A stretch of 41,264 nucleotides of DNA from Candidatus Heimdallarchaeota archaeon (GCA_030668825.1 DAOVET010000016.1:1-41264), one strand, 5' to 3'; counted from the first letter of the stretch, positions 1 to 9,885 are shown. Translations and numbers: made by a program. Notes: generated by a model from the letters alone, not told the origin.

Positions 1-534
1 TACTATCGATAAAAGATTCCAAGGAGATAATACTAACTTCCATTTAATTCTCTGAAACATTTTTCTTAGGGAATCACCTATCCTTCTAAATAATTCTAGA
101 AGTTTCTCATTAAGATCGTAGGCTTCTATGAAAAATCCAAATATAATCAAAAGAACACCAAAACCCATAATTACAAAGAGAATCCAATCCTGAATTTCAA
201 AACCCTCCATTCTGTATGTTATTATGTATATTATTGTTGGTAGTGCCATCATAAAAAATCCTAGATATGCAGTAATAGCGCCAAGAACGAAGTAGTCTAT
301 TCCCTTTTTCTTTATTCGGCGTAGGATTACAGCAAAGAACAGAATGAAGAAACCAGCGACTAACACACCGATAAACAACATGAAAATCCACTCCAAATTT
401 ATAGATAAATCAGCGATTCCAGTTATCATAGTTCCCAATAGACCAATTACCCCAACAACTAATCCAATCCACATTGTTGTTAGAGCTGGGGTTTTTTGTT
501 CATTAAGTTCCTTAGTGGTTTTATTCTCACTCAT
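1..534 (-). CDS. Multi-pass membrane protein, truncated at the left edge of the window (not in ORF track)
   Basis: Manual translation from ATG at 534-532, which overlaps the TGA of the 857-aa gene (ATGA). Reads MSENKTTKELNEQKTPALTTMWIGLVVGVIGLLG...FFIEAYDLNEKLLELFRRIGDSLRKMF..., open to position 1, with about four hydrophobic segments followed by an amphipathic helix. Confidence 0.85.
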   Translation of the reverse strand, partial: MSENKTTKELNEQKTPALTTMWIGLVVGVIGLLGTMITGIADLSINLEWIFMLFIGVLVAGFFILFFAVILRRIKKKGIDYFVLGAITAYLGFFMMALPTIIYIITYRMEGFEIQDWILFVIMGFGVLLIIFGFFIEAYDLNEKLLELFRRIGDSLRKMFQRIKWKLVLSPWNLLSIV

Positions 535-3104
535 TTCTTCCACAACTCCTCAATTTGTTCTGCTAGCTTCTTAGAGCGTCCAGTTTTTAGTTTCTTAAGC
601 TCTCCACGCCACCTAAGTAGAATAATAGCTACTAAAGCCATAACTATCAATCCTACACCAATGAATGCCTTGAGAGCTTTCATTTCTTCAGGAAATACTC
701 CTAGAAAATCGAAAGCTGGCCAAAAAGCTGAAGGAATAAGAGAAATTCCATAAACCATACTGAAAATCACTATTGAGAGCAAAAATAATGTCAGGAAATT
801 ATCCCCTATATATCCAAAAACAGTTTTCAAAGTTAACCATATTGTGCCAAATGTCTTGCTAAGGAATTCAGGGATTTTTTTCAGAAACTCCAAGAGTTTC
901 TTAGGATGGAATATGAAGTGGGAGAATAGGAGGAATGCACTACCAATTGATATTGATAGAAAAGCTTCGTATTTCCAACCTATTTGGAAACCAAATGCTA
1001 TCCCAGCAATGACAGTTGCCAAGCCTAGAAATCTAAAGATTAGCACTCTACGTTCAATTAATAGTTCTATTAGAGCTTTGAAGAATTCGTAGAATTTGAT
1101 CATAACTTTCTTCCTAGTTAGTAATTGAAAGAAAATGATACTAAATACTCCTAAAATAATAAAATACCAATATTCTCGGTTTCTATCACCATAGATGATA
1201 AGTACAAATCCTCCAGTCATTCCAACAAACCTGACAAATTCTTTAAGAATAGTCCTCCAATGTTCGGCGATAAATGCGAAAATCTCATCAATAGTCTCCC
1301 AAACTTTCACAAAGAAAGCTTTGATTGCGTTTAAAATTCTCACGATAGGATTATAGAATATATCAATAGCTATGAATTTCAAAACCTTCCAAACTGTCTT
1401 GTAATGGTGACAGGGTATATACAAGCTACTAGCAACAAGAATCAGAACCCGCCACCAATAACCTTCAAAATTAAAAGAGAAGTAAAGAATAGCTACCAAA
1501 GCAGCAAAATCTAATGTGTAGAGAATAACCTTTATCCAATGATCTTTCACAAACTTAAGTAATGCAACAAACTTATTCCACAGAGCAACGAAGGGTTCTT
1601 TCAGAATGAGTATAATTTCCCAAAAGAATAGGGAGAGATTAACTACTATTTCTTTTAGTTTGAGTAGAACTGGTTTTCTGATTATTATTTCTGCCAATAA
1701 TATTGTTAGGAAACCTATATAGAACAAGTACGAGTATTTTTCAGAATCATTTGTAAAAGCAAAATAGAGTGCATAAACACCTGCTCCTGTAAATATGAGT
1801 CTGATTGTCTCATTTATTATTCGTTTATAATATGGTTTGATGATATTTTCCCAAATGAATATAAAGAATTGAGAAAATATTTGCCAGATTTTCTTTAGTA
1901 TAGCCTTTCTTGTAAACACTTCGCTTATTACAATAGCAATTGAACCTAACCATACTAAGTATTCAGAACCTCCTGACTTGAGTCCAAAATAGATCAAAAC
2001 TATGCCACCAGCTACTCCTGCTAAACGGAGAATTTCCTTAATAATAGCCCACCAATGTTCGATTATGAATGAGAATATTGCATTAATTATACTCCATACA
2101 AAATCAACAAATGCAACGATTTTATCCCAAATGAAAGTAACTAAACTAACAAAAGCATCCCATATTCCCTGTAGAACCACTTTTCTTGTAAATAACTGAC
2201 TGAAAATGATTACTGCGAGACCAATCCATATGAAATATGCATATTGTAGTACTGCTATACCATAATAGATGAGTACTACGCCACCTCCAACTCCAACCAA
2301 ACGTAGAAATTCTTTAAGAATAGTCCACCAGTGTTCAGCAATAAATACAAAGAAGGAAACGATTTTATCCCAGATTGCTTTCAAAGCTTCTTTTAGAGCA
2401 ATCAAGAGATTTTTGAAAAATTCATAGAAGATGTCGACTGCTACAAATTTAATCACTCGCCAAATTCGCTTTGAGTGATGTATGATAGGGTAGACACAAC
2501 ATACTGAAAGTATGACTATCATCCACCAGTCTGTTGACCAGCCTGTAGACCACAATATTGCAATAGTTACAATCCCAGTAATAGAAATAATATCCAAAGA
2601 ATAGAGTACAATATTCTTCCAATGTTCTGCAAACCATTTGAAGAATGAGATCATTGCGTTCCAGAGAAATTTTATGGGTTTTGCAATCATATCCCAAATA
2701 AATTGATCTAGAAAGGTTAATTCTACCATTATTCCTGCTACAATTGAACCAATTCCCCAATAAACAAAAAATGTCGATCCAAGGATTTTTAGGATGAAAT
2801 CTTCACCTAAAGTTATCTGCTTACCTGTAGAAAATAGTATAAGCAAAAATCCAACTACAATCAGGAATATTCCTATCTGTGCCTTTTTATTGACACTGAT
2901 ATTATACCTTAACATCTGTACTGTCAAGTAAAAAACAATAACAATTGTACTAACTAGCAAAGAGATAAATAGAATATTTAGAACTAAATCAGAATTGTCT
3001 AAAACTAAGGAAATAATTAAAATAGCAATAACAAGAGAAACGAATGTGTAATAGAATACATTTGACAGTACTGAATGAATCCGTTTTTCTTTTTCGACTT
3101 TCAT
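531..3104 (-). CDS. Large repeat-built integral membrane protein (TM-hairpin + amphipathic-helix repeats), unknown function
   Basis: 857-aa ORF with recurring (E/D)HW, KExxRxxGxxGGxVLIYxG, TRK and HH..W..KF.A.DIFY motifs at roughly 90-aa spacing. Confidence 0.85.
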   Translation of the reverse strand: MKVEKEKRIHSVLSNVFYYTFVSLVIAILIISLVLDNSDLVLNILFISLLVSTIVIVFYLTVQMLRYNISVNKKAQIGIFLIVVGFLLILFSTGKQITLGEDFILKILGSTFFVYWGIGSIVAGIMVELTFLDQFIWDMIAKPIKFLWNAMISFFKWFAEHWKNIVLYSLDIISITGIVTIAILWSTGWSTDWWMIVILSVCCVYPIIHHSKRIWRVIKFVAVDIFYEFFKNLLIALKEALKAIWDKIVSFFVFIAEHWWTILKEFLRLVGVGGGVVLIYYGIAVLQYAYFIWIGLAVIIFSQLFTRKVVLQGIWDAFVSLVTFIWDKIVAFVDFVWSIINAIFSFIIEHWWAIIKEILRLAGVAGGIVLIYFGLKSGGSEYLVWLGSIAIVISEVFTRKAILKKIWQIFSQFFIFIWENIIKPYYKRIINETIRLIFTGAGVYALYFAFTNDSEKYSYLFYIGFLTILLAEIIIRKPVLLKLKEIVVNLSLFFWEIILILKEPFVALWNKFVALLKFVKDHWIKVILYTLDFAALVAILYFSFNFEGYWWRVLILVASSLYIPCHHYKTVWKVLKFIAIDIFYNPIVRILNAIKAFFVKVWETIDEIFAFIAEHWRTILKEFVRFVGMTGGFVLIIYGDRNREYWYFIILGVFSIIFFQLLTRKKVMIKFYEFFKALIELLIERRVLIFRFLGLATVIAGIAFGFQIGWKYEAFLSISIGSAFLLFSHFIFHPKKLLEFLKKIPEFLSKTFGTIWLTLKTVFGYIGDNFLTLFLLSIVIFSMVYGISLIPSAFWPAFDFLGVFPEEMKALKAFIGVGLIVMALVAIILLRWRGELKKLKTGRSKKLAEQIEELWKK

Positions 3105-3325
3105 CTAACTAGTAAGCTAAACTAATGTGATATTTAAACATATAGAAGGCAAATATTTAAAGAAAATGCTTATGTTAAGGTTGCAGTTCTCACAACGTTA
3201 ATATTCGATAAAGAAACATATTGAATAGTGGTTTATATGTCAGGTAATAGAGAGTATTTGCTTCCTTTACAAGAAATTAGCGCAGAAAAGTCTAAATTTA
3301 GGATTAAAAAACCTTCAAAGAAGAA

Positions 3326-4285
3326 GTGGGCCCTTATTTGGTAATTTTCTCTATGTTTTATCTTGTTTGGTATCTTACAATCAGATTTATTAATTGGGGT
3401 GATACTCCCTCCAAATCTGATTATAGAATTCTTATAATTTTGCTTGTAGTTATTTCCTTCGTTTCTCCTCTTATCTCCTTTTTTGCCTGGCATTGGGTGG
3501 GAAAATGGGTTGTCAAGAAGCTTGTAATTAATACGATTAAGATCAAACATAAAAAAGAACATGAAATCAAGGAGGTTTTTGGAAAACTCAAAAGTGATAG
3601 AGAGTACAAGAAGTATAAATTTTTCAGATTCTTTTTCACGATGATGTTTAACATTGATATTGAACCTGCAACTCAGTATTACCTCGAGGAAGAAGCTATT
3701 GAATTAAATGTAGGAAGCATCAAAGAATTTTTACAGAAAAGAATGTATGAATTAATAACCTCTACCCTAGGAATAGGCTTTCTTGCTGCTGTAATTATTA
3801 ACTTCACTAAACCTTCTTCTATTTTTTGGGGATTTGTGGCTGGTTTCTTTATTATTTTATGTTCAACAATTTTTGTAGCATGGATAACACCTGTTATTTG
3901 GACAATTAGAGATGCTCGAATAGCATTCATCAAAAGCAACAATGAAAGCCATACTTTAGCAGACAGAATGAGAATAAGTGTAGTTAGTAGATTGTTTAAC
4001 GTATCTGCATTCTTAGCAGGAATCAGCTTTTTAATGAATGTATTCGATGATATAGGAGTTGTTAGAGCTGGTGATCCTATAACCTACAGTATACTTCTAT
4101 TCCTAACTGCTCTAGCTGCATTAATGTTGATAATAGTTCTCATATCCGGAACCACATTTTTAGTGGGAATTATTTACTTATCAACTTTTCATGAGAAGAA
4201 TGTTAACAAATTAAGAGATGAATTAAGCAAAATAATAAAATTTGCTCAAACTAATGCAGTTCTTTCAGAGTATTACTCTACCTAG
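3326..4285 (+). CDS. Multi-pass membrane protein, unknown function (true start may be 3237 with a frameshift near 3326)
   Basis: 319-aa ORF with about 6 hydrophobic segments. An upstream 35-codon ORF (3237-3344) overlaps its start in another frame. Confidence 0.75.
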   Translation: MGPYLVIFSMFYLVWYLTIRFINWGDTPSKSDYRILIILLVVISFVSPLISFFAWHWVGKWVVKKLVINTIKIKHKKEHEIKEVFGKLKSDREYKKYKFFRFFFTMMFNIDIEPATQYYLEEEAIELNVGSIKEFLQKRMYELITSTLGIGFLAAVIINFTKPSSIFWGFVAGFFIILCSTIFVAWITPVIWTIRDARIAFIKSNNESHTLADRMRISVVSRLFNVSAFLAGISFLMNVFDDIGVVRAGDPITYSILLFLTALAALMLIIVLISGTTFLVGIIYLSTFHEKNVNKLRDELSKIIKFAQTNAVLSEYYST

Positions 4286-4304
4286 AGAAACAAAACAGAT
4301 TCTT

Positions 4305-4676
4305 TCATCCAGGGATTTCCAAATCAACCGTCTCAATAGTTAGATGTCTGATATTGAGGTGGGTGTCTCTTGAACCACATTTTGCACACCTAAAATTGTA
4401 TGCAAACTCCTCATCTCCCTCTATTGAAGGCTCTCCTTTGTGATCACAATCGAAGCAAATTATTTCTGCGGGTAATATAAGGAGTTCCAATTTTGAATCC
4501 TTGAATAGTTCAAGTTCATCTGTTATTATTCCATATGCTTCTTCAAGTAAATCAGGTATTACCATTTCATACGGATCAGCAGATACTATAATAGTTTTAA
4601 CTTTGCTTGCATCATGTTCTTGTGCAATTTTCTTTACTTGCTCCACTATTGCTGATGCAAGACTATATTCATGCAT
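4305..4676 (-). CDS. hypA: Hydrogenase maturation nickel metallochaperone HypA
   Basis: N-terminal MHEYSLA (ATG at 4676), two CxxC motifs (CFDC, CAKC), immediately downstream of hypB. Confidence 0.93.
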   Translation of the reverse strand: MHEYSLASAIVEQVKKIAQEHDASKVKTIIVSADPYEMVIPDLLEEAYGIITDELELFKDSKLELLILPAEIICFDCDHKGEPSIEGDEEFAYNFRCAKCGSRDTHLNIRHLTIETVDLEIPG

Positions 4677-4686
4677 TTTACTCAAC

Positions 4687-5340
4687 CTATGGTAATTGGA
4701 TACCTAATGCTTTGATTAATGCGTCTAGACCAAAGGAGGTTTTTGCGCTAGTACAAATAACTTCCATACCCGATTTAATTTTGTTAGCATCCTCAACTAA
4801 AATGTCAGAATCAAACCCTAATCCATCTAAATCACATTTATTGATCACTGCTATCTCCGCACCCTTGAAAATTATCGGGTGTTTCTTAATTACATATTCT
4901 CCTTCGGTTATACTAACAACAACTATGTTCATTTGTGCGCCTACATCCCATGCAGCAGGACAAATAAGATTTCCTACATTTTCAGCAAAAAAGATATCAT
5001 AATCATCAATATTTATCTTATCCAGTTCCTTTTGGATAAGATTCGCATTTAAATGACAACCTCCTCCTGTATTAATTTGGACTGTTGTAGCGCCATGAGC
5101 AGCTATTCTATCGGCATCAATTGTGGTTGCTACATCCCCATTTATAACAAAAATTTTGTAGTGGTCTGATAACTTTTCTGTTATTCGTTCAAGAAGAAGT
5201 GTTTTTCCAGCTCCTATACTACCCATGATATTGAAAAATAGTTTATTTTTCTCCTTCATTAAGCGTCTGATTTTATCTGCTTTTTCATCATTTACTAAAT
5301 ATGCTTGTTTTTTGACAGTAATTTTCTTCTCTTGGGTCAT
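4687..5340 (-). CDS. hypB: Hydrogenase nickel incorporation GTPase HypB
   Basis: GSIGAGKT P-loop, GGGCHL, ENVGNLICPA and NKCD motifs. Confidence 0.96.
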   Translation of the reverse strand: MTQEKKITVKKQAYLVNDEKADKIRRLMKEKNKLFFNIMGSIGAGKTLLLERITEKLSDHYKIFVINGDVATTIDADRIAAHGATTVQINTGGGCHLNANLIQKELDKINIDDYDIFFAENVGNLICPAAWDVGAQMNIVVVSITEGEYVIKKHPIIFKGAEIAVINKCDLDGLGFDSDILVEDANKIKSGMEVICTSAKTSFGLDALIKALGIQLP

Positions 5341-5469
5341 TTTCTCAATTGCCGATGTTAAAAGTGGAAATATAAGTCATTCGCTATGGATATTTTTTAA
5401 CTAGGACATCAATAAAATTTATTACCTTCAAAATTGTAGTATGTATAGTGACCGTTTAGAGGTATTTAT

Positions 5470-7278
5470 ATGAAGATTAATTTTAGAAAGGCAAAAAGAG
5501 CAGTTTCACCAGTTATCGCTACAGTTCTACTCATTAGTTTAGTAGTAGCAGCTAGCGCTATGGTGTATTTTATCGTCGTTCCATTACTTAAGGGGAGTGC
5601 AAGCGTGAATTTTATCACAACTCAATGGTTTGATAGTGATGGAGACATTGTCGCAGATTTAGTTTATATAACTTTACAAAATACGGGGTCTGCAAGTGCA
5701 ACAATTACTAACATTACCTTAACAATAGATAATGATGTTCTTGACGTGAGGACTGTGATCAACAATTCCCATTTAGTGGTGGAAGAATTGCCACTAACGA
5801 TGGATGTTACAGCTAGAGCTGATATAGCTATTTCGTTTGATCCTTCAAGCTTTGTAGCAGTAGGTAATAACGTATTTAGACTTATGTTAACATACGCTGA
5901 TGGAACTACATCGGTTGCTCAAGAGAACTTGAATTCCATAGTAAGAATCGACCCTTTAGTAATGACTGTCTTTAATCCAATTAATGAAAGCTGGGTTAAA
6001 GGAATTATTGATCCTCAAGTTATAATTGCTGGAGGATATAAACCATCAGAAGTAACATATGATTTTAGTCTTCCAGACCAAACTCTTATACTAGATGATG
6101 TTCCTCTAGCAACCAATATTGATTCTGAATTATATGCAGATGATACTGGTTATAAGATTATATTTTCTGTTGAAGATTCTTTGAATCAATCTTCAGAAAT
6201 TACTAACATTTTCAATATAGATAACCATGCTATTGGAATAAGTCTAAGTCTAAATGCAAGTTCAATTATCCAAGGTGAAGCAATAGAAGCTTCTTGGATA
6301 TTTACAGACACTACTGGAGCTCCATTGATTAATCAAACATTGGTTTTATCTGGTGACATTTATGGAAGTGAAACTCTTTTTACTTCAATTACTGATGCAG
6401 TAACAGATTATACAATCTCAGGTGCAGAAACTAATGCTACAGCAGAAGATGATTTTACTTTTACACTATATGTAAAGGACGCTGTAGGTAACCTAAACAG
6501 TGCTGGAGAATCATTCAATTTAGTGGATGTTTTTGGACCCACTACATACTTTATCTCTCCTGCTAATGACACCGATGGAGCGGAAGAGATCCTCATAGAA
6601 GTTTATGCAGATGACGCTTCAGGAATCGATACTTCTAGATTTGATATATACTTCTTTAGTCTCAGCTCAGCATATTACTACTTATATCAACAAAGTGTTA
6701 GTCAAGAAGCAAATTACAACATTTACGAGAAGAAATGGGTACTAGAATTCAATAGTTTTGTTCTTCCAGATGATAACTATACTCTTGTTGCTCAAGTTTA
6801 TGACTCCGCCTCCAATAATAATGGAAATTCAGCTGTACTTGATCTAGTTGAAGTTGATAATGATGTTACAGGTATTTATGGAGCAACCGCAACAGATGGA
6901 CGAGGTGGGTTCTTCTTTAGAAGAAGAGGATTACTAAGTTTCTATGTCGAAAGTTTGATTCCATCAACTGTACTTACAATAGAGAAAATGAAAATCAATT
7001 GGGAAAGCAGTAATAGAATCGATCTAATGTATACAGTTTATGATGATACATTTGCTCAATATTGGCTTGATTCAGCCGGAGGACCATATTCTGAAGATAC
7101 TGAGTACAATGTAGCTCCATTACAAGGTGGAATAAACATCACAGATGCAATAGACCATCATATAACTATACAATTTGATTATGGTGATAAACCCACTACA
7201 GTAACATTCACAATATCACTGTATATCGTAAGTGTTGCCTTCACAGGCTGGGAAACATATGTAATCGATACTGTATAA
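5470..7278 (+). CDS. Large archaeal type IV pilin/archaellin-like surface protein with beta-rich (Ig-like) extracellular domains
   Basis: Class III signal peptide KRA|VSPVIATVLLISLVVAASAMVY, ITLQNTGS pilin motif, acidic Thr/Ser-rich beta repeats (VxDxxxN turns) and many N-x-S/T sequons. Confidence 0.85.
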   Translation: MKINFRKAKRAVSPVIATVLLISLVVAASAMVYFIVVPLLKGSASVNFITTQWFDSDGDIVADLVYITLQNTGSASATITNITLTIDNDVLDVRTVINNSHLVVEELPLTMDVTARADIAISFDPSSFVAVGNNVFRLMLTYADGTTSVAQENLNSIVRIDPLVMTVFNPINESWVKGIIDPQVIIAGGYKPSEVTYDFSLPDQTLILDDVPLATNIDSELYADDTGYKIIFSVEDSLNQSSEITNIFNIDNHAIGISLSLNASSIIQGEAIEASWIFTDTTGAPLINQTLVLSGDIYGSETLFTSITDAVTDYTISGAETNATAEDDFTFTLYVKDAVGNLNSAGESFNLVDVFGPTTYFISPANDTDGAEEILIEVYADDASGIDTSRFDIYFFSLSSAYYYLYQQSVSQEANYNIYEKKWVLEFNSFVLPDDNYTLVAQVYDSASNNNGNSAVLDLVEVDNDVTGIYGATATDGRGGFFFRRRGLLSFYVESLIPSTVLTIEKMKINWESSNRIDLMYTVYDDTFAQYWLDSAGGPYSEDTEYNVAPLQGGINITDAIDHHITIQFDYGDKPTTVTFTISLYIVSVAFTGWETYVIDTV

Positions 7279-7322
7279 TTTCTTTTCTTTCTATTTTTTT
7301 CCTTCATTTTATTCTCATTTTT
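7279..7322 (+). terminator. Archaeal T-rich terminator
   Basis: Long pyrimidine/T tract directly after the pilin stop codon. Confidence 0.5.
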
Positions 7323-7371
7323 GAGCTGTCACTCTCGAAAAGCTAATATTGAAATACACAAATACTAATCT

Positions 7372-8271
7372 ATGAAGGTCACCTATGACAGGTATCCTGA
7401 ACTACCTAGATTCATCAAAACTTTCGTTGAATACACTGCTACTTCCTTAGCAACTAGGTCTTTCATTCTATTCGGGGATATCGTTTTAGATGATTTTTCA
7501 AAGAGATATAGTACAATTGATATTATTGTTATCTTAGAACGATCGCTCTGGGAAAAAGATTTCGATGAATTAGATATTATTATCAGCAAACTTGAAAATA
7601 TGAACAAGGATTTCGCAAAAATTCTCGAGGTTGTTTTTGTTCCTGTAGAAATGCTCGAAAATCCTAGAATGTCACATCAAGATTTTGAAGGGATGATTGT
7701 TCGTAATCTTCAACAAGAACTAATTAATAAATACCCCTTGTCTATGAAAGATGATTTTCTAATTATGAATAAAGGAGAAGTACTTTATGGTGAAGATCTA
7801 AGGAAGAATTTCCCAATTCCTCCCCTGGAATGCTTCTGGCACCAATTTTTAACAGAAATTCCTAAACTTGAGGAGATAACTAAATTATATCCTTTCCAAT
7901 ATACTAGTTCTCCTAATTATGATCTTGCTACAAATTGGATACTTAATCTGCCAGGGATCCTTTATTCTATCCAAAATAAGGATATTATTGGAAAAATGAA
8001 AGGTGCTTATTGGTTTTCTAATGAGTTTTATGGAAAACTTGGTGATTTTGTTGTAGAAGTTGCTAGTTGTAGACAGAGAAATGTTTCACTCTCAAGTGTG
8101 ATGAATGTTGTTGAAAACAGCAGAGATTTACTATTATTCACCTTAGAAAAGGCTTTTTCTGTTAAAGGTGTATCAATCCCTAAATTAACAGAGTTATTCA
8201 AAGTTGATAGTGGATATGCTAATTATAGTAGAGTTTTTATGGAGTTAAGAAATATAATAGAAAACTTGTAA
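7372..8271 (+). CDS. Pol-beta-fold nucleotidyltransferase-like protein (AadA/ANT-like), degenerate active site
   Basis: FILFGDIVLDDFSKRYSTIDIIVIL aligns with the hxGSxxxGxxxxxSDhDhh signature. Also has the GEVLYGED motif and a helical C-terminal domain with K..GAYW. Confidence 0.7.
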   Translation: MKVTYDRYPELPRFIKTFVEYTATSLATRSFILFGDIVLDDFSKRYSTIDIIVILERSLWEKDFDELDIIISKLENMNKDFAKILEVVFVPVEMLENPRMSHQDFEGMIVRNLQQELINKYPLSMKDDFLIMNKGEVLYGEDLRKNFPIPPLECFWHQFLTEIPKLEEITKLYPFQYTSSPNYDLATNWILNLPGILYSIQNKDIIGKMKGAYWFSNEFYGKLGDFVVEVASCRQRNVSLSSVMNVVENSRDLLLFTLEKAFSVKGVSIPKLTELFKVDSGYANYSRVFMELRNIIENL

Positions 8272-8281
8272 GTGCGTACAA

Positions 8282-9649
8282 ATGAGTGAGCGAGAAGAAC
8301 TTCTCAACTCCTTCATTGAGAAAGTACTAGTAATTATTCCTAAAGTTTTAGCTATCTATGAATTTCGCAAAGAGATGGCTTTTTTCGACAAATGGTCTAA
8401 GGATGAGAGAGGTATTGCAATCATCATAAATGATGAAGATTATAGTCTAGAGAATCTTCTACTCTTAGATTTAGTTTATGATAAACTACAAGATGATTTT
8501 GGGTGGGATGGTGGTGTTTCTTTTGCTTCATCTTTTTCAAGAAGCTATATCCGAACAATGGCTAATCTTTGGTATATCAACATTAAGAATAATCACTGTT
8601 TAATGCCTGAAGATCAGCTAAATCTGAAGAAAACCAGAAAACTTCTCTATGGAAGCGATATCATACCTAAAATCCCTTTTATGCATAAAGAGGAAGATAT
8701 GGTTAAGATTAACATAGGTCTAACTCATGACAAGGCAAAGGAAATTGCTAGCAAATTCCCTAAATTCAAACCTTTAATAGACCCAGAATGTTGCTGGATG
8801 AGACATGATTTCACAGTTGAGCATTCAATAGTAAAAATACTTGAGGAACAAATTCTGAAAGTTAGGGATAGCATTCAACCCGAAAATAACGCACATATTT
8901 ATGGCAGATATGGAGGATCTGGAAAAACTCAGATTGTTTATTCTCTTATGAAAGAATGTAAGAAGCTAGAAATACCTTTCATTTACAGATCAGAGTTTTG
9001 GAAAGATGATACTGGAAAGTACAAAGAAATAGAATTTAATCCGGAAAATGATGCAGACAAAGTTAGTGAGTGGGTAGCTACTCATGCTACAAATGCTAAA
9101 TTCATTCTATTTCTAGATGAAGTTGACATAAATGTAGAACTGCTAATGGAGAAATTGAGAAAAAGATTTCCAGATTTAGATGTTCTCTGTTGGATTATTT
9201 CAGGAGGTAAAGACATCCCAGAATTTGCCAAAACTAATTTCGATATTTTTGATATTGTTAAAGAGTATCCTTTCAGTGAAATGCAGCTTAAGGATATCAT
9301 TGAAAAACTCCTGAATAAATCAAAAATTAGTAATGAAATATTCACAAACGAAATCGTAAATATAATAATAAAAAAGACCAGATTATGGAATCATTCATCT
9401 ATTAGAAGAACCCCCACAGCTGTGATATTAGCCGCTTCTCTGACTCTAATAGAATCATTAAAAAACTCCGAGGAAGATGAGAGAAAGCTGAAAATACTTC
9501 CAGAAACAGCTGAAAAATGGGCTTTCTTGGGGACATCCCCATGGTATCAAAAATATGGAGATATCCATGATGTTCATGCTGAATACCTAATTTTCAATGG
9601 AAAAGAGTATTTAGAGTCAGATAAACATTACAAACATGATTTGCCTTGA
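8282..9649 (+). CDS. P-loop (AAA+-like) ATPase with N-terminal degenerate NTase-like domain
   Basis: Walker A GRYGGSGKT and Walker B FILFLDEVD. N-terminal KLLYGSDIIPKIP parallels EVLYGEDLRKNFP of the upstream protein. Confidence 0.7.
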   Translation: MSEREELLNSFIEKVLVIIPKVLAIYEFRKEMAFFDKWSKDERGIAIIINDEDYSLENLLLLDLVYDKLQDDFGWDGGVSFASSFSRSYIRTMANLWYINIKNNHCLMPEDQLNLKKTRKLLYGSDIIPKIPFMHKEEDMVKINIGLTHDKAKEIASKFPKFKPLIDPECCWMRHDFTVEHSIVKILEEQILKVRDSIQPENNAHIYGRYGGSGKTQIVYSLMKECKKLEIPFIYRSEFWKDDTGKYKEIEFNPENDADKVSEWVATHATNAKFILFLDEVDINVELLMEKLRKRFPDLDVLCWIISGGKDIPEFAKTNFDIFDIVKEYPFSEMQLKDIIEKLLNKSKISNEIFTNEIVNIIIKKTRLWNHSSIRRTPTAVILAASLTLIESLKNSEEDERKLKILPETAEKWAFLGTSPWYQKYGDIHDVHAEYLIFNGKEYLESDKHYKHDLP

Positions 9650-9702
9650 AAAATCATCTTCCATTGGAAAAATATAAAAGCAAGAACTCTTAAAAGAAAG
9701 AT

Positions 9703-9885
9703 ATGAAAGCTCTCAAGATTATAGGTGGCACCTTAGCAGGTTTAATCATAGTCCCTGTTGCCCTTTCATTTGCAATAAGCATTGGATTTCTTGTAGTTGT
9801 AATAATTATAATTGTAAAACTAATCCGTTTGATAACGTTTGCGGACTTAAGAAAGGAAAGAAGGAAAAAGAAACTGAAAAGTTAA
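9703..9885 (+). CDS. Small membrane protein
   Basis: 60 aa with a long hydrophobic stretch and basic tail. TATA-like AAATATAAA lies about 30 bp upstream. Confidence 0.6.
   Translation: MKALKIIGGTLAGLIIVPVALSFAISIGFLVVVIIIIVKLIRLITFADLRKERRKKKLKS

Noticed and set aside
531-3104. Phage tape-measure protein / provirus
   Set aside because: Trp-periodic helices resemble tape measures, but regular TM hairpins interrupt them and no capsid, terminase or tail genes are nearby.
4305-5340. hypAB without hydrogenase structural genes
   Set aside because: Dispersed maturation genes are ordinary in archaea.
7372-8271. Functional aminoglycoside-resistance adenylyltransferase
   Set aside because: The catalytic GS and first Asp are substituted, and the similarity is fold-level only.
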